From NCBI GenBank assembly GCA_013239625.1, contig MU057356.1, positions 7,817,422-7,881,421 on the forward strand: a stretch of 64,000 nucleotides of DNA. Reading direction: 5' to 3'. The stretch is from Lama guanicoe (Eukaryota). Positions 1 through 13,025 of this stretch are shown here, piece by piece; position 1 is the first letter of the stretch; every line of letters starts with the position of its first letter. The notes beneath the pieces were generated by a model. The model worked only from the letters and a program-made list of their open reading frames with translations. It was not told the origin of the DNA and did not search any database. The translations under genes were made by a program, and so were the position numbers.

Positions 1-825
1 CATCTTCCAGAAGGTAGGGGACAATTTCAAAGCTCTGTGAGTGGCTCTCTTTAAGCCACAGTGGAGGGGAGCAACGTGCCGTGTGCCAGATGACACCTCA
101 TAGGGAGACTTGGGGGACTGTCCCCTGCTCGGGTGCTGGCCACCCACGTTAGCACCCCACCTCAGGGGACCAAGGTGCACGGTGGCCCCATCCCAGACTG
201 CATGGCCTAGGCTGTGATCAGGGCTCCCCCTGCAGAGAGTGTGAGAGTTGGGGGTCTGACCTAGATGGTCACGCAGCATGGGGCCAGCATCCCAGACTCA
301 CAGCTGCCCTGCTTAAGGACCGTTCCAACCTGTGCCAAGTCATTACGTCCTGGTGATATTTGTCCCCTCGTAACACTCAGACCCCTGAGCTGCTTCAGCC
401 TCTCTGTGGAGACAGAGCGGGGAAGCCAGTGCTGTGGGCTGCTACTGGGTAGGTTGGCTTGGCCCCCGATGCAGAATATTCCAGCTCACACGTTCTCACG
501 TAGGTGCTGCTGCTTGTTCACACCAGTTCCCTCTTGTACACACACGGTGAATCTCTTCTTCTATAGACACCTCGTTACACAGCCCACCTGCGTGGTGCTG
601 TGACCCGTGGATTTCACATTATCACTCTTGAGATATTTTTCAAGATGGCATAAACCCACTGGAATGAACCCTCCCAATCGCCGTCACTTCCCAAGGCCCA
701 AGACTTAAGGTGCAGGCAGTCCCCTGTATGTTCCTATAAATACAGGTGGGTGGTTGCTGGCCCCAGAGTCTTACATGCTCTTCCTACAACCTTCATTCCT
801 TCCTGGAAGGTCCGCCACGCTGCTC

Positions 826-840
826 CCACCAGGTGGCAGC
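826..840 (+). promoter_or_regulatory. Candidate CTCF binding site
   Basis: CCACCAGGTGGCAGC closely matches the CTCF core consensus CCASYAGRKGGCRS. Confidence 0.55.
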
Positions 841-3647
841 TGGTAGGAGAGCCTGAAGCAAGGAGCAGCCCTCCCTCCGGGCACAATTAGAGACAGTGTC
901 CTCCTTGTCAGTGTCACGAATTTCTGCTTCTCCCCTGGGAGCTCAGTTTCCACCATAAAATGCCACATTTGAAATGCAGATTCCTGGAACCCTCCAGAGG
1001 TCTAGAGAGAGTGATGTTCAGAATGTGCCCCCATCCATTCTGGGTACATGATGTTAAAGCTACACCACCTGACTTTCATTCCGCCTTATTTTTCCCACTG
1101 TAAGTGTCACCTGAAACTGGTCCAAAGCAAAGCGGAGTCTCTGTAACTGCCCTCCTTGGCTTTTTCCCGCCTTAAAGGCCCCTCCGTGAAGCCTGAAGGT
1201 GGGGTTCCGACTGGCTCCAGGGGAGGTTGTTAGAAGGCCTGGTGGACAGCAACCTAGAGGCCTGGCAATGACCCAGTCCTCACAGGGACCACGAGGGAGG
1301 GAGGGGATGCCCCACTGAGTCCCGTGTTCTCTTCCTGTCCTCGCGTGTTTAGGGGGATTGTGACAAGAAGGTGGCCTCTGGGGAGGGAAGACTAGGATAG
1401 CACACAGTCTAGAAATTTCAACCCATGGGACAGTAAAAACAACACTGTAGGTTTTCCCCAGTGGTCCCCCAAATCTCAGCGTAAAGCGTCGTCTCCCTAG
1501 GAAGAGAAACAAGAAAACTCTCTTCAAGTGTGAAGGGCCTTCACCTGGCAGTTTGATGTGGGATTAAGGGGCACCCCAGCAGATGGATGTTGGGCCTGTG
1601 GGTGGGTGGCAGGGAGGCAGATTTCAGACTCTGCTTGTCAGTATCCTGAACCTCATTTCCTCCCCTCTAGAAGCAGTCTGCACCATTAAATGGTGAGCCT
1701 TCCAACAGCGGAGGCTGTGTAAGCAGCAGGACGTAGGGCCTCCCCTTCTGGGGCTGCACCAGCGGAGGCTGGTGGAAGAGAAGGAGGACTCTCTGCCCTG
1801 GGAGGGAGGGCTGAAAAAATGGTCACACTGATCAGCGGGCATTGTTTGTTATAGGAGCATCATTTAAATAAACTGATTAGGACTTAAATAGCACTGAGGT
1901 CCAGCAGCGTCTACTGGAGCAGATACCTGGGCTCCAGGCTGGATGGCCCCTCCTGGCGACATGAGTCCTCCCTCCCTGCCTCAGCACATGCCCACCTCCA
2001 GTCTCTCCTGCATCCTCAGCACTGCTGCTTCTCTCACACCCCACCCCCATCTCGAGCGGGTGAGATTATGGATCCAAACCATGATGCTCCCCAAGACCAG
2101 CCTTCCCCAGCCCGTGTGGCTCTCTCCTCCACCCATCCTCAGGTCCCTGACCACCCTGGCCTGCCCTGAACACAGACCATGGTGTCTCTTTTCCGGGTAG
2201 GACAGACTCCTTCTTCCTTTGTGTATCCTTCACCAGGCTTCCTGCAGGGCCCATGGCTGATGTTTTTAGAAATTCCAGCTGCTCCAAGGATCCTTAAATG
2301 ATCCAGGGTAAGCCTCTCCAGTGGGACTGGCCCAGGGTCAGGTGCCAAGTGGTGGAAGCAGCTCTGGCAAAGTGGTGGGGCTGGAGCAGTCGGTCTCAGC
2401 CGCCATCTGGCTGCCCACTGCCCAGCCTGCCTACCATGGCTGCACTCTCCACGTTACCTTGTCATCCCATTGGCCACAAGCTGAGAACTCCTGGAGGCAC
2501 TCAGTTCTCTCCTCTGCCCTGGAGACCTCGGAGTCTCATCAGGGCAGACTGAAAATCATTAGGGTATGATTCAGGAGGGTGCTTGCCAGAAAAGAATGTG
2601 GGTCTCTGAACACACACAGTGAGAGTTCAAAGGAGATGAAACAGTGAATGCTGGGGGACCGGGGAGCTTCCTGGAGGAGGTGGGATTGGAGCCCAGCAGG
2701 ATGGTCTCAGGTCAGAGGTAGAGAGCCAGGACCAGCCTTAACAAAGGGCACTGCCCACCAGACCCTCACTGTCACCTGGGCGGAGAAGTGCTGCTCTTCC
2801 ACCTCTGTCAAAACTCAGCTGTCTTGTGTCCTTGCCACCGAGGGTTCTGTCCTCAGCTCTGAGACTCTGGGGCTTCAGAAGTAGGGAGGGGAGTCTGAGT
2901 TCACAGAATTCGGGTAACTGGGTGACTAGGAGTCCACCCTGAAAATCGAGTGACATGAGTACTACTTAATGATGCCATTTCAGGCCCAGTGTGCCAGTTG
3001 GTGCGTCCAAAGTCTCACCATGTAGGAGACACCTGCCTGCCAGAATAGGGTCTGCCTAAGCTGAGATTTTGTGGAGCATGAGGAAGCAGGCACCAGAGTG
3101 ATGGGGATGAGGCCTGTGCTGGGCTGGGGCGCTGGGCTGGCCTGGCTTTGCACCCTCCTGGGGTCATGACTTTGAACCAACCTGGCCCCCATCCTACCCC
3201 TGGCAGGTGGCCTCACTTTCTCCTTCTGTACAGTGAGGGGCTGGCCTGATTATTTTCTCTGTCGCCTTCCCACCGTGACGTTCTGTGAGTCTTGTGTGAG
3301 TGACGTTACCTGTCTCAGTGGCGGGCCCAGCCCAGTCCCGCTGAGGAGCCGCGGGAGCACTGCGCCCCAGGGAGGCGGCTGACGGAGGGGCAGCTCCTGC
3401 TGTGCATTAGCTAGACGCCAGTTCCCAAGTGCAAGAACTTGCATAATTGGCTTCTTGTTTTAAGAGACATGGTTCTCTTCAGCCAATTCTCAAATGCCAG
3501 ATGGGCACTGAGCTTTGAAAGGTATAAAGAGATTAACATCATCAAGGAAAGGGCAGACTTGGGTGGTTTGAAGGCTGGTGGCTTTCAGCACATGCCTGCC
3601 AAGAACCCCGTATGGAGCCCAGGTCACCCTGCAATCTGGCGTCTGCC

Positions 3648-3689
3648 ACTTCTCCATCTACTGGGATGACTTCTCCATCTAGTGGGATG
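3648..3689. repeat. 21-bp tandem duplication
   Basis: acttctccatctactgggatg / acttctccatctagtgggatg, 1 mismatch. Confidence 0.9.
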
Positions 3690-4129
3690 GTCACCTATGT
3701 TTGCCTCAAGGATGGCTTTTCCCACTGACGTGCTGTCGGCCAGAAAATCCCCTTTTGCAAGAAAAGCCAGTTTGCATCAAGAAAAATCCTGGTCTGCCAA
3801 CTGATCTTCACTCAGTGAAATAAAATGATTAGAATGGGCCAGATGGCAGGCCAACAATGTGTCCACAGTTGGGGCACAAGGAAAGGACCTGGTGGACTTG
3901 GCCTTGAAGGATCCAGGTGTATCTGATAGCAAGGCCAAGAGTGGAGGTGCCCTTGGAGCCCTCCTGTAGGGCCCCCGCCTGTAGTTCTGTCCTGGTGCAC
4001 GTCTGTTTCCCAGCTCAGAGCATCAGCATGCCATGCACCTGTGGTGCTGGGCGCTAGGCTGGGCACCAGGACGACTGAGTTCTCTCTGGGTCTCCCTCCT
4101 GCTCTCTGAACCTCAGTCTCTACAGAGAT

Positions 4130-4740
4130 GGGTAGGCCACAAGATCCCCCTAATTGCAGATACCAAGTGCAAGTTTAGGAGTCCCTGAGACCACCCTCAT
4201 GTTTGGTAATTTGCTACAAGAACTCACAGAACTCAGAAAAGCCAGTATACTCATGGTTATGGTTTATTACGGTAAAAGGATACAGGTGATAATCAGCAGA
4301 AAGAAGAGCCACGTAGGGCAGGGTCCAGGAGGCTCCAAGCGCAGAGCTGCCAGTCATCCTCCCCCAGGAGTTGTGCACACTTGCTTCTCCCAGCAGTGAT
4401 GTGGGACAACATGTGGAGTACTGCCAACAAAGGACACTCACCTGAGCCTTGGGCTCCCCAGACTTTACTGGGGCTCAGTCACACAGACGTGGCCGACTGT
4501 TCACACGGCCAGCTGATTTCCAGCCCTTTCAGAGGTGGAGCTGATACCAGGTAGCCTGTGTCCACCACCCCCGACCCCACCCCATCACAAACTGCATTGT
4601 TACTGTAGACAATCTGATGGGGCCCAAAGCTTGCAGGTCAGTTAAGACCCTTATCAGGCCAGACATTCTGGGGCTCAGAGATCGCCCCCCAGGAGCCAGA
4701 GGGTGAAGGCCAGACTCTCCTCAGACAAGGTTCATCGAAA
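4130..4740. mobile_element. MER21-family LTR remnant
   Basis: gagaccaccctca...gaactcacagaactcagaaaagc...atactcatggttatggtttattac..aaaggataca resembles the MER21 consensus as I recall it. Confidence 0.7.
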
Positions 4741-6255
4741 GGAGTACTGTGTTTTCCATTGGCACAATGGAGGGGTTGGATAAGACCATGTTCTCCTGGC
4801 TCCTTCAAGGTCTCAGGCTCTGGAATCTTGATCCTGCTTGTTGGACCTGGGTTTATCAACAGCAGAGCATGGAGAACAAAGTTCTGAGCAAGCCGCCAAA
4901 TGCAGTGAGAAATTGTGTTAGGTTTCTGTTCAGGTATATCCCTTATCACCTATGGAATTGCGTTTGATTTGTTCTTTCCCAAGGATCATAGCCGGCAGGC
5001 CCTTTAAAACCATTAGCTTTAATTTCCTTTTCTACTCCCCTGATCTTTGATGCCCAACTCCTGGTGTGGCCTTACTGCAGAAAACCCCACAGTGGCAAGG
5101 AAACCTGCTTCCTTGCACTTCTGAACACCTTTCATCCACCAGATGAGGGAGAGCCGAGGGGAGCGAGCAGGCTAAGCCGCGGCTGTTCAGTGGTCCCACT
5201 CACTGCAGCTGGGAACCTGGTGTGGACGTTCTCACAGAAAAATGCCCGTGCTGCCGGTGAGGCCTCCTCACACTGTGATCCTGAACACCCGGCGGCTGCC
5301 TGGAATGAAAATAAAGCAGCACAGGCCTTTCTAGGAGGCTTTGGTTGGATTCCTGAAAACCCTCTAAGAATAAATTATGCCATATGGCTGTTTCTTTGTT
5401 TACCTTAGGGCTGAAGGGAAAGATTCTGGGCCAGAATCTTCCATATCATTTCAGAGACAACACTTCCAACCCCATCCGTTTATAGACAGTGCTAAAAATA
5501 GTGCCCCTCCACTTTGTGTGGATGTGGACACGTATCTCAGGCCTTTGGTGTCGGCATTGCTGGCTGGAGTCTTCACTCTGTAGGGTGAGTGATCTGCACT
5601 TCTCAGTACCCACCCACCCCATGCCGCCTTAAGCAGGTGTTCACTGGGGTCTGCTCACCCTCTGCAACCCTGAGCTGAGCGCTTCAAGGAAAGGACAGCT
5701 CTCTTCCACCTCCATCTGCCCCAAAGATGCTAACAGGACAGGCCTTCACAGGGAGGTCACTGAATCACAAGAGTGGTTCCCTCTCATCTCACGAGAGTGG
5801 ATGCTGTTGAGTTTCAACATTTCAATATAAATCCAAGTTCAGATGTATCATTGGTCAGCAGTAAAGCCCCCCCTCCAATTAAGCAAAGGGTGTTTGTGGG
5901 GTTTTTCTTTCTTTGCCCTCTCAAGCGAGGGCGGGTCCTTTAAGAAGGCCTAAGTTCAAACCTTCGGTCTTGAAAATGGCTTCATTGCTACAAATGACAT
6001 TGTTGCCTTGTGCTTGTATAAAAATCTTCTCTTTTAGTCACTTGCTGTTATATTGAATGGATAACTGCAGTAAATTAAAATCCTGGGTGCTGGGCCCCAC
6101 CTGGCCCCCACGTCCTGGGAACATGTGCTGTGGGACTTCCCAAGAAGGGGTGAGAAGGGGGCTCAGGAAGGCAGGTGGAAGAAAGCTTTCAGGGCTCAGT
6201 GTGGGGTCTGAATTACGGGATTATGTTTGAGAACACTGTACTGTTGCCTTCATTC

Positions 6256-6613
6256 TGTCTTCATTCAGTCTGCTGTAACAAATGTGCCTGGGTTAAGTGG
6301 CTTAAACAACATTTATTTCTCACCGTTCTAGAGTCTGGGAAGTCCAAGATCAAGGCATTGCAGACTTGGTGTCTGGCAAGGCCCACTTGCTGGTTTACAG
6401 ATGGCTGCCTTCTCCTCGTATCCCCACATGGTGGAGGGCAAAGAGAGGCACCAGCTGTCCTGTCCCTGCTTTAAAAGGCACTAATCCCACTCCTGAGGGC
6501 TCCACCCCGATGACCTAATTGTCACCCAAAGGCTCCACCTCTAAATACATCACATTGGGGGTTAGAATTTCAGCACATGAAATGTGGGGGGACACAAACA
6601 TTCAGGCGTAACA
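6256..6613 (-). mobile_element. MLT1A-type MaLR solo LTR
   Basis: About 360 bp, TG...CA ends. Reverse strand begins tgttacgcctgaatgtttgtgtccccc..., and it contains catttatttctcac.gttctagag..tgggaagtccaagatcaagg. Confidence 0.85.
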
Positions 6614-7080
6614 GTCAGTAATCATTTATTGAGGATCTGTTGTATGCTTGTGACTATGCCAGGTGCTGGGGATACAGGGGTGACCATGACAGGTGGCATC
6701 TTTGCCCTTGAGTTGCTCACATTCAAGTAGAGTGAGACACAGAATAACCCCACGGATTGTCATGTGTCGTAAATAATTCTAAAGGAAAGTAAATATGGTG
6801 ATGTTTCAATGAGTGTCATGACTAGGGGCTCCATCGAGAAGGCCTCTGTGAGGTGACATTTGAGTTGAAAGCTGAATATTCAGCAGGAGGCTGCTGTGCA
6901 AAAACCTGGGGACAGAGAGATCCAGGCTGGGATCAGCCCATGCAAGGCCGAGACTGGAAGGAGCTTGGCCTGCTCAAGACATGGAGTGGCCACTGTGGCT
7001 GGAGCCTCAAAAGTGAAGTGAAGGATGGTGAGAGATGAGGTCAGGGAAGGAGCCGGAGACTCAGACAGAGGGAACCTTAT
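6614..7080 (-). mobile_element. L2 LINE 3' fragment
   Basis: catttattgag...tgccaggtgctggggataca...gaggtgacatttgagttga...gagatgaggtcagg is typical antisense L2. Confidence 0.75.
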
Positions 7081-10000
7081 AGACCTGTCTGCTAGAGATA
7101 GGAGAGGATCTGCAGGCTGAACCTCATCCCTTTGTCTGGTCCCACCAGAGACTGCGGGATGTGCGCTTTGCAGGCTGCAGGATGCTAATGCAGATGGAGA
7201 ATGTTAATACCCATGGCCCTGGTCCGACCTTTTCAGCATTGGGTGTTCTGATTAACTGGCCATTCTCCCACTTCACACATGGAAGACACTTTGTTCAGGA
7301 GAAAGTTGAAATGGCCAGCCCATCTAATAACAGAATATTGAAAAGGTCACAGCAGTACAGCTGAGTCCTCCAACCTACAAATCACAGAGTGTCTGCTCAG
7401 ATAACTCATTCTCCTGACAAATCAAGGAGCGAGGACTTTGCTGCACAGCTGATTAGGCTCATCGGAAATCAGAGGGCCAGAGAGAAATTGATGGAACGTC
7501 GCTGCCCCGTGCAGGGGGTCAGGGCAGCAGGAGTGCTGATTAGCAGATCAGCCGGGGGGTGGGGGCGGCATGCTGTCCCCTGGTGGCTACTCAGATGACA
7601 GCAGCATCCGGAGGTGAGCTGGACCCTGGTGCGCGTCCCACCCTGGGGAGGGAGGCCCTGTCTGGGGGCTTCAGCCAAGCCAGTGGTTTAGCCTTTTTTG
7701 TTTTACCAGAAAAGTATTAAAAAGGCTTCTCCCTAAACCGTGGTTAAATAAAACAGTTGCCATTAAAATCCCCAAAGTTCTATTTTTTTTTCCATTAAGG
7801 AGTTTTTAGAAATTAGCTTTTGCCATGACCAGCCTTTGGAAAAAGAGTGAGCAAGAGCAGTCAAAACTCAAACTCGTCATAAAATGAGGACAGGTTTATG
7901 GCTTCATTTATTATGGAGTTCCACAAACAACGTTAAAGCAAAATGACTGATTTAATTAAAGACCGGGCAATTAACCTTCTGTGCGCTAAAACAGAGGGCT
8001 TTGCGAGGGCTTTCCACAGAAGCGTGTCTTCATCTACGAGGCAGCAGCCATGGAGAATCTTAATAGGTCAGCGAAGCTGGATTGAAGTGGAAAGCTCACC
8101 TTAAAAAGAAATCTGAGAAGATTAAGAGAGGGATGAACATCAAAAATGACTCTGATTAAACCACGATAAAGGATGCTAGAAACTGAAAGGGAGAAACAGG
8201 ATACACAGAATATATTTTTGAAACCAAAAGCACAAAGATTTCAGTGGGCTTTGGAGATAAGGAGGACTGACATTTTGAGAACAGTTGATTAAAAGCTTTT
8301 GGGCACAAATGCTCATTTTCACTGGGGGTTGAGCACAAAAATCCATGGAGTAAATTGAAATTCTAAATGCTAAGAGAAGACTAAAAGATTTACTGCCACA
8401 GATTCAATTAAGTGGCTGAAAAAAAAATGTACCATCTCCTTCAGGATTCATTTCGGCAGCTGCCTCATAACGCACAATTTCCCAGGCGCTGTTTGCTAAT
8501 GCTTTGGGAGGGATGGCTCGTCCAGGAGGGCCAAGGAGTCTTGGTTCTGGGGCCTTAAATCAGGACCCAGCGGGAACTGGAGGCCCCTGGCACAGGGCGT
8601 TCTTCCTTTCACAGCCCCACTGCCTCCCAGAGCAACAGGCTTCTCATCCCCTGAAAGCATGATGTGTCCCCTCAGGCGTCACAGGCCTGCTGACGGCAGG
8701 CTTCACTGGTGCCCACTGCCCACCTACACCCACAACAGAACCTAGCCTTAGAGCTTAAGAGCAGTCTGGGGACGCACTGTCTCAGAGGCAAGCCTAGCTC
8801 AGGATGGGCTCTGAACTTTCCCGGCTGGGTGATGATGGAACACCCACCCCTCGGACACGCCTGATCCCGTGTTTCTGAGCCACCACTCTGCCTGCTGATG
8901 CTGGAATTTGGCACGTGCCGCCTCAGCCAGTGTGCTCAGTAGGAAGGGGTTATTTAAAGGTCTGCTCCTGACAGCACATTTAAGGCCAGAGGTGGGCTCC
9001 AGTCAGCGGGAAGGCCAGTGAGTTGCTGCAAAGTGGCAAGTGTTAATTTAATGCCCTCTGTCCCACTGTCTGTGAATTAACCCAGCCATAGAAAACTATC
9101 GTTAGCTCAGTGTGAGGTAGTCTCAGTGCGGAGAGGCCGGCACACAACTGTTAATGCTGATGGAAAGACGAGGTGTGCAATGGGGTCTGGACAGTGCTCG
9201 TTTTAGGCAGCCCTTGGTGTGGGAAATTGCAGTGGGACCGAGCTAGTGACTGAGAGCTGCCTCCTGTGGCTTTGGCCTCCCAGCTCTGGGATGCCCTCAC
9301 CCCGCAGCCCAATGCCGTCCTGGCTCTAGCGCCAAGTAACTGTCTGGAGGTTCACGAACATCCTTGCTTGGCCTCCTAAGTGGACGCTAAATGCTGTTGT
9401 TTTTAAAAGAAAGAGCAAAGGAGACAAAATCAAAAGGAGGATAATAAAGATTTTCGTTGCTCCTGGCCATAGGAATTCAGGGCTGCCCATGTCCTGTAGG
9501 GTGCAGTGGTCAAGAAGACTTCCCAGGGGAACTGAGCTCAGGGCAAGGTCTGGTTAGGAGCAGGAAAAAAATGGGAAAGGGAAATCGTCTAGGGGAGGAA
9601 TTCCCAGGATTTCCGGGGAAAAGCAAGGGTTGAGGGCAGCTGCAGTGGATGCCCCCACTGCCTTATGTGCCCCAAAGGAGAATGAGTCAGAAGAGAGGAG
9701 AATCAATGAACTAGATGAGGTGGAAAGCAAGAGGTTTAAAAGCCGACAGCTACACGAGACAGGAGAAGGGGAATTAGAAGACTGGAATTTAAATCCCAGA
9801 TATTAAACTTGAGATAAAATAGAAAAGCAAAGAATAAAAAAACAGGATGAATTTCGAAATTAAGTATTAAAAAGAGAGATCAGTTAAAAGCATAGAAATT
9901 AAGTGAAGTTAAAATAAACGAGATAGAATTTTAAAATAAAACATAAGTAAAATGAAGAAACAGCTGCAAAGGAGAAGAGAAGAGGAGGCTGGGCAGTGTA

Positions 10001-10343
10001 CAGGCGGGTGGGCTGTGAGGAAGGTCCCAGAGCAGGGAGCCAGCCCCAGATGCCTCCCGGGCACGGCCGGCTGCACCCCCTCCAATCCTTTCTTCCCGGG
10101 CCGGAGGGGCAGCATTTTCCAGTTTGGGTGGGAGAGGGTCTTCCTTTACACACAAGCAGAAGCAGGCCCAGAGGCCTCAGCACCTGGGCCCAGCAGACAA
10201 ACCCTGAGTGTGTAGACCCCTCATGGCCACCTAGAAGGCAATGTGTGCTGGGGAGGAGAACTGCGGAACACATAAGCAAGTGAGCAGACGAAGGCTTCCC
10301 CTTCTCAGGCTGGGCGGCTGAATTCCACGGCCACATCTTCAAG

Positions 10344-11091
10344 CCCTGGTTCTCAACACTGTCAGATCTGGTGCCCGCTCTTTACAACAAGTCATTTGTG
10401 ATGCCCCCTTTATTACCCTGAAATGAAAATTATAGATAATATAATCTGCTTACACATATGATTTCAAAGGGAGATGCCCTGGTTGAAATAGAAATGAGAA
10501 ATACAAAGAAAGTAATGTGTAGAAAAATACTGCATATTCCAGGATGTTGTGTGCTCATGCAAGACCACAGTAGAATTCATAGCGAGGTAGCCAGACGTTG
10601 GCATGGAAGCACCCTCACGAATGCAGCTGACTCAGGTGTACAGAGCTGGCAGCACATTCCACAAACAATGCGTAGCCGTTGGTGATGAGGTCATGGTGAA
10701 CAGCTTTTGATAAAGTTCTGAACAAAATAATGGGTACTCTTCCCTTGGTTCTCATAGCACTTGTATCCCAGGAAAATTCCAAATATGTAAAAACCATGCG
10801 CAAGAGACTTCGTGTTTATGAATAACCAGAGTTAGGTTCTAGGCTCCAATCATCTTTTCACCTACATGAATAGCCAATGAGACATTCCCCCAAAATGGGG
10901 ACATGTGACAATTCACTGTTGTGAAGGATGATCCTGTGCCATGCAGGGTGTCTGGCATCCCTGGTCCTTTTCCATTCAACGCTAACAGCAGCCTTCCCTG
11001 CCCACCACACCCCCAGTCATTGAGACCATCCAGAATGCTCCAGGGATTTCCAGAAGGACCACTAGCAGGCAGTTCCGACTGAGAACCACTG
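10344..11091. mobile_element. hAT-Charlie non-autonomous DNA transposon (MER20B-like)
   Basis: Inverted termini ccctggttctcaa / ctgagaaccactg, degenerate 8-bp TSD tcttcaag / tcttagag, MER20-like right half. Confidence 0.75.
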
Positions 11092-12914
11092 TCTTAGAGA
11101 GGGACATGTGGCTGATCAAGAAAGCATTTCGCAGCCCTTTGGGCCTCCTCTTGGCTCTCTGAGTACACATTCCAAGAGTCAGAATGTCAGGGTTTTGGGG
11201 GGGTGGATATTGGTGAAAGAAGACATTTAGGAGCAAGAGCAGGAAACCCTGCAAGAGAGACGTGTGCGCTTTGGCCAAGGTGTATGGGCATGAGGCTGGG
11301 GGGCTTTGAGTCTTCCCGGGCAGGTGACTGTGAAGTGGGTCTCGTGGAGACAGACAGCTGCTGGGGAAGAACTGGGCGCGCAGGCAGGAACTAGAGCTCC
11401 TGCTGCTCGTTACAGAAGGAACAGCAGATGACGGAAGAGAGGACGCTTCTCAATTAGAGTAGTAAATAAATATAAAGTCCGATTGTCTTTGTAACATCTC
11501 AGGGTCAGAAGTAAGGGGCTCCTTCCCGTTTCCGGTATAGTGTTCATCTAGACAGGGCTTTTCATCTAGTTATTAGAAAGCTCTGGAAAGAAGCCAGCGT
11601 CATGCAGTTGGAATGTGAACCCCTCCTTGGAAAATTTATTGGAGCAAGAAGAGGTCGGGAGTCATGTTTCAGACTCGGTCTCAGTTGGAAGGGCCCAGAA
11701 AAAAGTTAATCGGATGTTCTTCTGACTCTGGGTCATTTAACCCACTTCTAAAATTGGCTTCTGGCTCAGAGCAGAATTTTGAGGTTTATAAACTCCTAGG
11801 AGAGAGAAAAGTTAATACACAATTGTGTTATTGTGATTGAACCGTTTTATTCTCAAAGATTTAATTCCCCAAATTTTGCTTTAGGAAACAAAAAATGCTA
11901 CACACGGAAAGATGGCAATTAAACTCCCCGTATGAGGGGGTATTCCCTCGCAGTGGTAACTGGGAAGCGTGGCGCAGAGTGGGATGTGCCATCTCAGAGG
12001 GGATGGCGAGGCTTTGCGGTTACTCTGGAGCTTTATTTATTATTTTCGAGGGGGAGATGCGTTGCTGCTCTTAACTGTCTGAAATTAAAGTGAATTTTGA
12101 AAATGTAGCCTCCTCTTTGAGCTGCTTCTTATTTTTACTGAACATAATGGGATGGTGTAAAGAGAAGTTTGCTTTTTAAATGTGTCATCTCTTATTTCCC
12201 TCAAGCTGGAACCACATCAGTAGGAACTTCCCTATGGGGATTTTGTTGCCTTGTCTGGTTTCCTTCTCCAGCTTATCAAACTTCGTGAGTTTAAAGATTG
12301 TTCATGAAGAGTGAAGGCTGGTTTCTTGCAAAAAGTTTTTATTGCCTGAAAGACAAACTCTGAGAGACACTAATAGTAATGTTTATGTTTTTTAACTTGA
12401 GATTGCAAATAAGAATATTTTCGGATTTAGAGTCTGCAAAATGATCATTGGGCCGAAACACATTTCCATGCGTTAAGGTCAGATCCCAGAGCCAGCTTTG
12501 AATTAAGCAGTGGGTTCGTCTGTCTTTCTCACCATAAAACAGGCTTTAAAAGGTCAGAGAACGGCTAGGTGCACGTAGGGGGAAGTCACCCAAAGTCCTC
12601 CTTCACAGTTTGAAAAACAAGTTCAGAGAAGATTGTGCTTGCAGTTTATGATGCAGATAGATGACTGGGGGTGGGGGGGGCATGTATGTTGCCCCTAAGC
12701 CCCTGCACGCGATAGAGGGGGAAGCCCCTGAGCTTCCATCCGCTGTCAGGACCATTGTTTCCTGGGACCTCTGTAAGAAACCTGCTTTTCTTGGAACCTG
12801 CCTCCTACGCTTTAGGAAGTAGAGGGTGTAGGGTCTTGGGGCAGACTGGAGCTCTGGACGCCTGGCTTTGGTCTGTCAGGGCAGTTTTGGGGGATTGCTA
12901 GCCTGCTTTCCTTC

Positions 12915-13025
12915 ATATGGATTAGTTTTGCCTGTTCTAAACTTCTATGTGTAATCATATACTATGTACTCTCTTGCACCTGGCTTCTTTTGCTCTGCTG
13001 AATGATTTTGAGATTCATCACATTT
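12915..13025 (-). mobile_element. Old L1M 3' fragment
   Basis: attagttttgcctgttcta...aatcatatactatgtactct...tggcttctttt...ttttgagattcatc. Confidence 0.7.
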
